This document shows, one piece after another, positions 18,909 through 27,572 of a stretch of DNA of 64,000 nucleotides. Source of the DNA: Patescibacteria group bacterium (lineage in GTDB: Bacteria > Patescibacteriota > UBA1384 > XYA2-FULL-43-10). The notes below the pieces were generated by a model. That model saw only the letters and a program-made list of their open reading frames with translations, was not told where the DNA came from and made no database searches. The stretch covers positions 7,120-71,119 of the forward strand of contig JBAYVT010000005.1 in the NCBI GenBank assembly GCA_041674405.1, given 5' to 3'. Positions within the stretch are counted from its first letter, which is position 1. Each line of letters starts with the position of its first letter. The translations under genes were made by a program, and so were the position numbers.

Positions 18909-20060
18909 ATGGTTGAAAAACCAAGTTCTGAACTAGAGAACTTTGCCGTAATAAAGGTTATTGGCGTAGGCGGATCTGGAGGATCGGTTCTTACACGTAT
19001 GATCAATTCCAAGCTTAGAGGCGTGGAATTTATTGCTATTAATACGGATGCGCAGGCCCTTGCCTTTAATGAATCCCCGGTTAAAATTCAAATTGGTAAA
19101 GACACTACAAGGGGTTTGGGTGCAGGCGCAGATCCCGAGGTTGGGCGAAAGGCGATTGAGGAAAACAAAGAAGAGGTGTACGAGGCCCTTAAGGGCGCCG
19201 ATATGGTATTTGTTACTTGCGGAATGGGTGGTGGTACTGGCACTGGCGCAGCCCCATTCGTCGCCGATATTGCAAAAGAACTCGGAGCGCTCACTGTCGG
19301 TGTCGTTACAAAACCTTTTTCGTTTGAAGGGCAGAGACGCAAAAAAATTGCTGAAACTGGCATTTCCGAAATGAAAGATAAAGTCGACACGATTATTACC
19401 ATTCCCAACGACAGGCTTCTTCAAGTCATCGACAAAAAAACATCATTATTTGACGCATTTGGAGTAGTAGATGATGTTTTGCGTCAAGGTGTTCAGGGTA
19501 TTGCTGACCTCATTACTTTACACGGCATTATCAATGTTGACTTCGCTGATGTAAAGGCAATTATGTCCGATGCGGGTTCAGCTCTTATGGGTATTGGTCA
19601 TGGATCAGGCGATAATAGGGCAATTGAAGCAGCACGTGCAGCAATCGATTCTCCTCTTCTAGAGCTTTCAATCGACGGGGCAAAAGGAATTCTCTTTAAT
19701 ATTACCGGTGGCCCTGATCTCGGCATGTACGAAATCGACGAAGCCGCCAAAGCGATTACCGAAGCAGCAGATGCAGATGCAAATATTATTTTCGGCGCCA
19801 TCATAGACGAAGCTATGCAAGGAGAAGTTAAGATCACCGTTATTGCCACAGGTTTTGAATCTGATCACACCAAAATTCAACGCACGCCAATCTTACAAGA
19901 AAGCAGGCCAACAGAAATTCCTTCTTCTCAAATAATCCGACGCGAGGAACGAGAACCGCAGATCGCCATGGAGCCTGAAACTAAAGTTGATCGCGGAATG
20001 GACGAAGACGATGAAGACGAACTAGAAGTCCCGGCATTTATAAGGCGAAAACTCAAATAA
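18909..20060 (+). CDS. ftsZ: Cell division GTPase FtsZ
   Basis: GVGGSGGS and [10 protein letters not shown] tubulin signatures. Acidic C-terminal tail. Confidence 0.9.
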   Translation: MVEKPSSELENFAVIKVIGVGGSGGSVLTRMINSKLRGVEFIAINTDAQALAFNESPVKIQIGKDTTRGLGAGADPEVGRKAIEENKEEVYEALKGADMVFVTCGMGGGTGTGAAPFVADIAKELGALTVGVVTKPFSFEGQRRKKIAETGISEMKDKVDTIITIPNDRLLQVIDKKTSLFDAFGVVDDVLRQGVQGIADLITLHGIINVDFADVKAIMSDAGSALMGIGHGSGDNRAIEAARAAIDSPLLELSIDGAKGILFNITGGPDLGMYEIDEAAKAITEAADADANIIFGAIIDEAMQGEVKITVIATGFESDHTKIQRTPILQESRPTEIPSSQIIRREEREPQIAMEPETKVDRGMDEDDEDELEVPAFIRRKLK

Positions 20061-20075
20061 TTACAATATACAAAA

Positions 20076-20102
20076 AGTAGCCTGAAACACGGCTATTTTT
20101 TG
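20076..20102 (+). terminator. Rho-independent terminator after ftsZ (TAGCC-TGAAACAC-GGCTA then TTTTTT)
   Basis: Hairpin plus T6 read in the sequence. Confidence 0.6.
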
Positions 20103-20113
20103 TATTGACATAC

Positions 20114-20140
20114 TAGATATAGTTTTTTAAACTATATCTA
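20114..20140 (+). promoter_or_regulatory. 9-bp inverted repeat TAGATATAG-N9-CTATATCTA overlapping the nrdR promoter region (NrdR-box-like core ATATA)
   Basis: Downstream of the TTGACA at 20105-20110. It resembles an NrdR-box AT-rich palindrome but is not a consensus match. Confidence 0.3.
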
Positions 20141-20251
20141 CAACTAATAACTGAAAACTAAAAATCCCTAAGGGGGCCCTTTGGGGCCTAAAAACGAACG
20201 GTAAAATTTCATTCGGCTATTGGTTATAAGCTATTAACTTTAAGCTAAACT

Positions 20252-20701
20252 ATGTTGTGCCCTTATTGTAAAAAATCAGATACATCCGTTCTTGACTCTC
20301 GAGATGAGATCTCATTTGTGAGGAGGAGGCGAGAGTGCCTTTCATGCTCAGCAAGATTTACCACTTATGAACGCATCGAGCTTCCAAAACTCAAAGTTGT
20401 AAAACGCAACGGAATGCGTGAAGAATACTGCCGAACAAAACTTGCAAAAGGCATAACTATTGCACTCGAAAAACGCCCGTTCTCTGAGCCACAAATCGAT
20501 GAAATTGTTTCTGAAATTGAACTTGAATTAATGAAGGCTGGGAAACGTGAAATTGGCTCAAAAGATATCGGAAATATTGTAATCAAAAAGTTAAAATCAA
20601 TTGATGGCGTGGCGTATTTGAGATTTTTGTCGGTATACAAAAAATTTGCCAGTGCTAATAAATTTCAAGTTGAAGCTGAAAAATTAAATTTAGATAAATA
20701 A
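20252..20701 (+). CDS. nrdR: Transcriptional repressor NrdR (zinc ribbon plus ATP-cone)
   Basis: MLCPYCKKSDTSVLDSR start and CLSCSARFTTYE zinc ribbon. 149 aa. Confidence 0.9.
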   Translation: MLCPYCKKSDTSVLDSRDEISFVRRRRECLSCSARFTTYERIELPKLKVVKRNGMREEYCRTKLAKGITIALEKRPFSEPQIDEIVSEIELELMKAGKREIGSKDIGNIVIKKLKSIDGVAYLRFLSVYKKFASANKFQVEAEKLNLDK

Positions 20702-20710
20702 AGGAGCCAA

Positions 20711-21046
20711 ATGGATGAAAAAAAGGGCAATGAATTGATTCATCTCGGGAAAGACAATTTTGAGGAGATTATAAATGGCGGCAAGCCAGCCCTGGTTGAC
20801 TTCTCCGCAACTTGGTGTGGACCATGCCAAATGATGGCTCCGATTCTTGACGAGATTGCAAAAGAGGAAGATTCGTTTGTAACAGCCAAGCTTGATATCG
20901 ATGATGCTCCGGAGATCGCCGCCAAGTATCACGTGATGTCGGTGCCTAGCTTTCTAGTGTTTGTGGGCGGGGAAGAAAAAGGCAGGATGATGGGCGCAAT
21001 GGCCAAAGAAGGTTTGGTTGAAAAAGTCAAAGATTTGTTAAAATAG
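20711..21046 (+). CDS. trxA: Thioredoxin
   Basis: WCGPCQ active site. 111 aa. Confidence 0.9.
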   Translation: MDEKKGNELIHLGKDNFEEIINGGKPALVDFSATWCGPCQMMAPILDEIAKEEDSFVTAKLDIDDAPEIAAKYHVMSVPSFLVFVGGEEKGRMMGAMAKEGLVEKVKDLLK

Positions 21047-21092
21047 CCCAGCTATCGCAGGCTTAAACCATGCCTGTTGTAAAATAATACTA

Positions 21093-21121
21093 TTGACAAA
21101 GTCTCACAATTGTGTTATCTT
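21093..21121 (+). promoter_or_regulatory. Sigma70-like promoter (TTGACA, 17 bp, TATCTT) at the left edge of GC-rich island C
   Basis: Read directly in the sequence. A second TTGACA lies at 21131. Confidence 0.4.
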
Positions 21122-21319
21122 GGAAGAGTTGACAATTTCCGGTATAAAAAATAACCGGTGAGCGTCAAGGTTCTTTATATCTGAAGGCCCCAAAACCTGC
21201 AAAGGTGGCGGGGCTTTCGATTTTTCAAAGCTGCGTTTCCCATCGTGAATGGAAATATTCCAAATACGATGGGCAGCACAGCCTGAAGTCGCAGCAAACA
21301 ACACAGCAAAGGAAGATGC

Positions 21320-21844
21320 ATGATGCGTTATGTGAAGATCATACTGGCTGCATGGTTGGTGGGATTCATGGTAGCCTACGGGCTTTCCTTCATCCCACCT
21401 CGAGGAGAGATCCTCGACAACATCCTTCCGCCCCATGATATGGGCGGGAAGTGGGAGTTGACCGTCAACTCCACTCCTTGGCACGGTATCAACGCGTGCA
21501 AGTGGGAGTGGTGGGTCGACGATGAAACCCCCACAAACATCGAAAGGTCATTCCTCGTTCGCGGCAGCACCGCTGCCAAGGTCGAAGGAAGGGCGAGCTA
21601 CTACGGCCTCGTGCTTGGTGGCTTCCGCCCGTGGATTAGTGCAGTTGGTTGGGGAGCGTTCTTTCTCTGGCTCATCACTTTTGGCCTGCTACGGCAGAAC
21701 AGAGTCAAGCCAGGAAGGGAATTGTCTTCTTCCCAACGTCGCGCCCAGTCGCCTTGGCGCGACAGCCGTCGGCAATCAGTAGCACGAATCCGGCAAAAAC
21801 GCGCTGTTGTCAAGGCCGTTAACCAGATTCCGATTGACGACTAA
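21320..21844 (+). CDS. Hypothetical membrane protein (174 aa, 2 TM, Arg-rich C-terminus) in GC-rich island C
   Basis: AGGAAG RBS. High GC3 compared with the flanking genes. No recognisable domain. Confidence 0.4.
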   Translation: MMRYVKIILAAWLVGFMVAYGLSFIPPRGEILDNILPPHDMGGKWELTVNSTPWHGINACKWEWWVDDETPTNIERSFLVRGSTAAKVEGRASYYGLVLGGFRPWISAVGWGAFFLWLITFGLLRQNRVKPGRELSSSQRRAQSPWRDSRRQSVARIRQKRAVVKAVNQIPIDD

Positions 21845-22027
21845 GTCGCTCACAGCAGAATGTCTGAGTAGACAGGCGTATCGCGCGACCGTTCATATAC
21901 GGCATGCGTACCGCTCATCGAAAAGCCAACTGCCGGAGTACATGTCAGTGATCGCAATCGTACACCATTCGTACGCAGCGGACACTGATGTCACAAAGCC
22001 TCTCCCGGGCTTAACAGGGATTTCCAA

Positions 22028-22060
22028 CGAGACCGCCCTCCATAGCGGTCTCGTTTTGCG
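22028..22060 (+). terminator. Rho-independent terminator (CGAGACCGC-CCTCCATA-GCGGTCTCG then TTTT) ending island C
   Basis: A perfect 9-bp stem followed by a T4 run. Confidence 0.6.
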
Positions 22061-22329
22061 TCTATTTTGATAAGATTCAATATCGAACTGATTTACCTGC
22101 ACCCTAATACCCCAATCAAACATATACCTCAATAATGTTTAATTTCTTCAACATCAACACTAAACCTTGAAAACGTAGCAATTCTTCCGCGGTCGCGACA
22201 AAAGTGTTACGTTCTGTATCCAAAGATCTTGAAGGAAATTTCATCAGCATATTCACAAATATTGCTATTCCACCAACGAGAGACTCCACGACAAGGGTAA
22301 AAAAATTACTTTCTTGCTATAATTATTCT

Positions 22330-25272
22330 ATGCAGCAAAAAATCGATTTCAATTCATCCTGTGGTCCATCGAATATACTAGACGGGCTTAATACCGAGCA
22401 GAAAAAAGCAGTCACCCATAAATCTGGCCCGCTTTTGATTATTGCCGGAGCAGGAACAGGTAAAACGAGTGTAATCACGCGCAGAATCGCTTATCTGATC
22501 GAACAGAAACTTGCCAAGCCTTCGGAAATTTTAGCCCTTACATTTACTGAAAAAGCCGCGTCCGAGATGGAAGAGAGGGTGGACCAGCTTGTTCCTTATG
22601 GATATACCGATATGTGGATATCTACCTTCCACGCCTTTGGCGACAGGCTTTTGCGCGATTTTGCCATCGATCTCGGCCTTCCTGCCAACTTCAAAGTACT
22701 TTCAGGTACGGAACAGGCGATATTTATGAGGCAGAATATTTATGCATTTGACCTCAATTATTTCCGACCGGTTGCGAACCCGATATCACACATTTCAGCG
22801 ATGCTTTCACATTTCTCACGATTAAAAGACGAATTGATCACACCTGAAACTTATGTTTCTTGGGCACAGAAAATAGAATCAAAAATCAAAACCCCAAAGG
22901 GGTCCCTTCGGGATCACAAGTTTGATGATCCGACAGGTGCAGAAAAAACGCTCGAACTTGCCCATGCCTACCAGAGATATTGTGATCTCATGATTCAGGC
23001 GGGAAATCTTGATTATGGGGATCAGATTTTCTTAAGCTACAAATTACTCTCGGAAAATAAAAAAGTTCTCGCCGAATGCCAAACAAGATTTAGACATATT
23101 CTCGTTGATGAATATCAAGACACAAATCATGCTCAAAATGAGATTATAAAGCTGCTGGCATCCAAGGATAAAAATATTACGGTCGTTGGTGATGACGATC
23201 AATCAATTTATCGTTTTCGCGGAGCCTCAATCTCAAACATTTTGGACTTTGCCGAAACTTACAAAAACACCACCCAAGTAGTTCTAAATACAAATTATCG
23301 TTCAACTCAAGAAATTTTGGATTCATCATACAAACTCATACAAAACAACAATCCAGATCGCCTGGAAGTTAAGAATAAAATTAACAAACGTTTAATTTCT
23401 AAAACACACGGGGTAAGTCCAGAACTTTTGTTTTGTGATACACTTTCGTGTGAAGCTGATACCTTGGTCAAAAAAATTACTAATCTTAAAGCCCAAGAAG
23501 GTTATAAATATAATGATTTTGCTATTTTAGTTCGCGCCAATAATCAAGCAGAGCCATTTATTCAATCTCTGAACATGTCGGGGATTCCCTACATGTTTTC
23601 CGGTGCATCCGGGCTGTTTGAGCAGCCAGAGATCAAAATGCTCGTCTCATTTCTGAAATGTCTAGTTTACACTGATGACAATCTTGCATTTTATCAGCTT
23701 GCCACCAGTGAATTATATGGAATCTCACATGACTCAATTGCCGATTTTTACACTTTGGCAAAGAGGGGAAACAGATATTTAAAATCACTCATTAAATCAT
23801 ATATAAGTAAGCCAGCTGAGCTCAATTTTGGCGAATCCGAGAGAGATAAATTAGTAGAATTGATTTACGATATTGACAATTTTGCCAATCGTAAAAATGA
23901 TCCTGTGGGCGAAGTTTTATATGAATATTTAACAGAAAAAAAATATCTAAAGAAGCTGAGTAAAAATCCAAGCGTTGAGGACGAGCTTAAAATACATAAT
24001 ATTGCCAAATTTTTTGATCGAATCTCCGAATTCAATCATTCATCAAACGAGAGGGGAGTGCTGAAATTTTTGGAAAACCTCGAATTGATTCTTGAGGTTG
24101 GAGACGAGGTCATTTCTTCTGACATTGATCCCGATATTGATGCGGTTAATATTTTAACCGCACATGCCGCTAAAGGATTGGAGTGGCCAGTGGTTTTCAT
24201 TGTAAATTGCGTTGCCGACCGATTTCCATCTCGCAACAAGCGCGATCCACTACCGATACCCGAGGATCTTATTCACGAACATCTACCGGAAGGCGATTTT
24301 CACCTCGAAGAAGAACGAAGGCTGTTTTATGTTGCTGCAACAAGAGCTAAAGAATATCTCTACCTCACAGCCGGCGAGGATTATGGCGGCAAAAGAGCAA
24401 AAAAATTATCCCAATTTGCACTCGAACTTCTTGATGAACCAAATTCGGGAAAATTAAAAAACAAACTTAAACCGTTGGAAAAAATTGAACGATTCAAAAA
24501 GTTGGAGTTAAATCACGCTAAATTACCCAATAAATTTAAATCTGAAATTATTAAACTTTCTCGTCAGCAAATTGACGACTATTACTCTTGTCCAAAGAAA
24601 TTTTATTATGCCCACATTATTAAAATACCACTTTTGGAAAATCACTATTTAATGTACGGCACAGCGGTTCATGCCGCACTCGACCATTATTTCAGCCGCA
24701 AAATTTCAGGAGAAAACCCGACGCTCTCACAGCTTCTCGAAGATTATAATCAGGCATTCCGCAATGTCGGCTTCATAACTCGCGAACAGGAAGAACTGCG
24801 TAAGAAGCAGGGGATAGAGACGCTTTCCAAATTCTACGATGAAGATCGAGCGGAGAATTTGATCCCGACCGAGGTTGAAAAGATTTTTGAGTTTTGCGAA
24901 AACAATGTCAAAATAAATGGACGCTATGACCTTGTTTATAGAACAGGTGATAATGCCGAAATCCGCGATTTCAAGACCTCGAGTGTCCTTACACAGAAAG
25001 ACGCCGATCGCAGAATCAAAGATTCTACCCAGATGATGATTTATGCCTTGGCTTGGTATGAAAAATATAAAACCATCCCAAAAACAACTCTTCACTTCAT
25101 CGAATCAGGGCTGAAAGGAGAAATATTCTTCAAAGAAGCGGATCTTACAAAAACCAAGGACATGATTTTTGATGTTGCCGACGGAATCCGCAAGAATATC
25201 ATGAACGCCAAGCCTGATTATAACAACTGCAAAAACTGCCCCTATAAGGATATCTGTCCGGATGCGATTTGA
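22330..25272 (+). CDS. UvrD/PcrA-family SF1 helicase fused to C-terminal PD-(D/E)xK (RecB/Cas4-like) nuclease with Cys cluster (AddA-like helicase-nuclease)
   Basis: Walker A AGAGTGKTS, DEYQDTN and VGDDDQSIYRFRGA helicase motifs. C-terminal RYDLV...IRDFKTS nuclease motif and the CKNCPYKDICPD Cys cluster. TATAAT 22318-22323 abuts the ATG, so the transcript is leaderless. The ORF is open from 22204. Confidence 0.8.
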   Translation: MQQKIDFNSSCGPSNILDGLNTEQKKAVTHKSGPLLIIAGAGTGKTSVITRRIAYLIEQKLAKPSEILALTFTEKAASEMEERVDQLVPYGYTDMWISTFHAFGDRLLRDFAIDLGLPANFKVLSGTEQAIFMRQNIYAFDLNYFRPVANPISHISAMLSHFSRLKDELITPETYVSWAQKIESKIKTPKGSLRDHKFDDPTGAEKTLELAHAYQRYCDLMIQAGNLDYGDQIFLSYKLLSENKKVLAECQTRFRHILVDEYQDTNHAQNEIIKLLASKDKNITVVGDDDQSIYRFRGASISNILDFAETYKNTTQVVLNTNYRSTQEILDSSYKLIQNNNPDRLEVKNKINKRLISKTHGVSPELLFCDTLSCEADTLVKKITNLKAQEGYKYNDFAILVRANNQAEPFIQSLNMSGIPYMFSGASGLFEQPEIKMLVSFLKCLVYTDDNLAFYQLATSELYGISHDSIADFYTLAKRGNRYLKSLIKSYISKPAELNFGESERDKLVELIYDIDNFANRKNDPVGEVLYEYLTEKKYLKKLSKNPSVEDELKIHNIAKFFDRISEFNHSSNERGVLKFLENLELILEVGDEVISSDIDPDIDAVNILTAHAAKGLEWPVVFIVNCVADRFPSRNKRDPLPIPEDLIHEHLPEGDFHLEEERRLFYVAATRAKEYLYLTAGEDYGGKRAKKLSQFALELLDEPNSGKLKNKLKPLEKIERFKKLELNHAKLPNKFKSEIIKLSRQQIDDYYSCPKKFYYAHIIKIPLLENHYLMYGTAVHAALDHYFSRKISGENPTLSQLLEDYNQAFRNVGFITREQEELRKKQGIETLSKFYDEDRAENLIPTEVEKIFEFCENNVKINGRYDLVYRTGDNAEIRDFKTSSVLTQKDADRRIKDSTQMMIYALAWYEKYKTIPKTTLHFIESGLKGEIFFKEADLTKTKDMIFDVADGIRKNIMNAKPDYNNCKNCPYKDICPDAI

Positions 25273-25324
25273 CTTTAAATACTTTATGGACTTGACGAAC
25301 TTCATAGACTTTTGACTATTATGT

Positions 25325-25341
25325 GTTTGGTATTTGTTCGG
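25325..25341 (+). promoter_or_regulatory. SOS-box-like GTTTGG-N5-GTTCGG site upstream of rmuC
   Basis: GTTTGGTATTTGTTCGG, 53 nt upstream of the rmuC ATG. Confidence 0.35.
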
Positions 25342-25393
25342 GATTATTTATCTGATATAATTACTTTGTTTGTAATTAAATTCCGAAGGAAAT

Positions 25394-26539
25394 ATGACCA
25401 ACACAATCTTAATAATCATAGCCGTATTTCTTGCCGCAATAATTGGTACCGTTATTGCTAATGTTTTGATTAGAAAACGCAATTCTATACACGATTCAAG
25501 CCTTGACGATAGAATATCCAGGCTGGCAAATGAAGCACTCGACATGAATTCCAAAAGGCTTATCGAATTATCAAAAGAAATGCTCAATGCTGAAAAAAAT
25601 GAGATCAAAACCGACCTTGAGGGCAAAAAATCGGCCATTTCAAGCCTAATCGATGAAATTCGCAAAGATATCCGCAAGAACGAAGAACGGATTACAAAAA
25701 GCGATGATGAACGTTTAAGATCATTTTCCGCACTGCAGAACGAGCTTAAGTCTTATAAAGAAATTACTGGAGACCTGAAGCTTTCAACCGACAAACTAAA
25801 GGAGCTCCTATCCAACAACCAGATGAGGGGAGCTTTCGGCGAACAAGTTGCCGAAGATCTCTTAAAGATGGCTGGGTTTGTGATTGGGCAAAGCTATACT
25901 CGCAATGAAACACAAAAAACGGAATCTACCCGGCCGGATTTTACGATATTATTGCCTGATAAAACAAAAATTAATATCGATGCCAAGTTTCCGTATAATT
26001 CACTTGTTAAATACGTTGAGGCGCAGTCCAAAACCGAGAAAGAACGCTTTATGCGGGATTTCAAACAGGATGTCAAAAATAAAATTAAACAAGTATGCAC
26101 GCGTGACTACATCAACCCCGCAGAAAAAACAGTTGATTTTGTCATTCTTTTTATTCCCAACGAAATGATATTTTCATTAATATATGACAAGATGAACGAT
26201 GTTTGGGAAGAGGCAATGAGGAAAAAGGTCGTGCTAGCCGGGCCATTCAGCTTTACGGCAATTTTGCGTATGGTGAAGCAAGCATATCAAAATTTTCAAT
26301 ATCAAGAGAATCTGCAACATATTATCGGTTTAATTCAACAATTCGACAGCGAATATCAAAAATATTCGGCTGCCGTGGATACACTGGGCGATCGCATATC
26401 TTCGACCTCAAGGCAATTTGATTTAGTAGCAAATACACGGGATAAAAAATTATCAAGCGTAGTCGATAAAATTAAAAGCCATAATATCATCGAGGCAGGG
26501 GATACAGATATTAAGAAAATAGCTTCCGATGAAGAATAA
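25394..26539 (+). CDS. rmuC: DNA recombination protein RmuC
   Basis: N-terminal TM plus coiled coil. The C-terminal RmuC nuclease-like block RPDFTILLPDKTKINIDAKFP...FVILFIPNE. Confidence 0.8.
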   Translation: MTNTILIIIAVFLAAIIGTVIANVLIRKRNSIHDSSLDDRISRLANEALDMNSKRLIELSKEMLNAEKNEIKTDLEGKKSAISSLIDEIRKDIRKNEERITKSDDERLRSFSALQNELKSYKEITGDLKLSTDKLKELLSNNQMRGAFGEQVAEDLLKMAGFVIGQSYTRNETQKTESTRPDFTILLPDKTKINIDAKFPYNSLVKYVEAQSKTEKERFMRDFKQDVKNKIKQVCTRDYINPAEKTVDFVILFIPNEMIFSLIYDKMNDVWEEAMRKKVVLAGPFSFTAILRMVKQAYQNFQYQENLQHIIGLIQQFDSEYQKYSAAVDTLGDRISSTSRQFDLVANTRDKKLSSVVDKIKSHNIIEAGDTDIKKIASDEE

Positions 26540-27491
26540 AGTTTTTATCAATTTTGATAATTCTCATAGCAAAAGGGCTGATGCTTTTCTTGCTGACAAG
26601 TACCCGGAATACTCACGGGCTTATTTTCAGAATCTTATTACATCGGGAAAAGTATTTGTCAATGGTGAACAAATTAAACCAAGCCACAAACTGATTTCTA
26701 GCGATCTAATAGAAATCGATTTTATTGAATCCAGTGCTGAATATGACCTAAAACCGGCTGATATTAAGCTCGACATTTTATTTGAGAATGATGACGTGAT
26801 CGTGATAAATAAACAGCCCGGCCTCGTGGTCCATCCTGCCGCCGGAAATAAAGAAGGAACTCTGGTTAATGCGCTTATTTATCATTTTCCTATGATCAAA
26901 AAGGCTGTATATGACAAGAATTCTGAAGTTTCGAAGATACGCCCAGGGCTCGTTCATCGGCTAGACAAGGACACTTCGGGAGTTTTGATTGTTGCAAAAA
27001 ATACGAAAGCAATGCATTCGCTTTCACGGCAAATCCAAAACAGAAATGTTGTAAAGAAGTACTGGGCACTATGTTTTGGTTGGCCGAAAAACGAAAAAGG
27101 AGTGCTCATAAATTATCTCGGGCGACACCCCAAAAACAGAAAGCTCATTGCTGATGTAGGGGAGACCAAAGGCAAACAAGCCATATCTAATTTTTGTCTG
27201 ATACATTCTTATAGGCACCTAAAGGAACAAATCTCTCTGATTGAATTTGATATCAAAACTGGCCGAACCCACCAAATCCGGGTGCAAGCGAAGGAAATGG
27301 GTAACCCCGTGATGGGAGACGCAGTCTATGGAAACAAAAGTAGTATTACTTTATCACACGAATTAAATATTCAACGCCAAATGCTCCATGCAAAAGAGCT
27401 TTCAATTACATTGCCCGGTGATGCTAAGGCCAGGACCTTCTCCGCTCCAATTCCAGACGACTTCCAGTCTGTAATTGATAAATTGAGCTAA
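26529..27491 (+). CDS. RluA-family 23S rRNA pseudouridine synthase (S4 domain plus catalytic domain, RluD/RluC-like)
   Basis: RADAFLADKYPEYSRAYFQNLI S4-like N-terminus and the catalytic HRLDKDTSGVLIVAKN motif. Confidence 0.8.
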   Translation: MKNKVFINFDNSHSKRADAFLADKYPEYSRAYFQNLITSGKVFVNGEQIKPSHKLISSDLIEIDFIESSAEYDLKPADIKLDILFENDDVIVINKQPGLVVHPAAGNKEGTLVNALIYHFPMIKKAVYDKNSEVSKIRPGLVHRLDKDTSGVLIVAKNTKAMHSLSRQIQNRNVVKKYWALCFGWPKNEKGVLINYLGRHPKNRKLIADVGETKGKQAISNFCLIHSYRHLKEQISLIEFDIKTGRTHQIRVQAKEMGNPVMGDAVYGNKSSITLSHELNIQRQMLHAKELSITLPGDAKARTFSAPIPDDFQSVIDKLS

Positions 27492-27572
27492 TATCATATT
27501 TTTTCATACTCTATTTGACCGCCAAAAAGGTATATGCTATCCTTTTGTTATCTAATCAAGAAAGGATTTTTT

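Noticed and set aside
1270-20932. Numerous 60-160 aa antisense or alternate-frame ORFs inside rlmD, lexA, mpg, rarA, DUF3048, eno, ftsA, ftsZ, nrdR, trxA and other genes
   Set aside because: They are embedded in well-supported conserved genes on the other strand or frame, lack RBSs and have low-complexity translations, so they are spurious.
21104-21484. Minus-strand 126-aa ORF overlapping island C
   Set aside because: No RBS or promoter in that orientation. The plus-strand ORF has a promoter and an AGGAAG RBS, and membrane helices consistent with a real protein.
21990-22060. Possible RNase P RNA fragment (words TCCCGGGCTT and CTCCATAG resembling the P4/J3-4 region)
   Set aside because: Only two short words match. 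The segment is fully explained as a 9-bp-stem terminator hairpin, and no other conserved RNase P regions (P4 partner, J11/12, J15/16) are present nearby.
22890-22920. Third copy of the GGGG-stem/TTCG-loop mini-hairpin (CCAAAGGGGTCCCTTCGGGATC) inside the helicase coding sequence
   Set aside because: It lies within a conserved ORF, encoding KTPKGSLRDHK, so its similarity to the intergenic mini-hairpins is probably coincidental.
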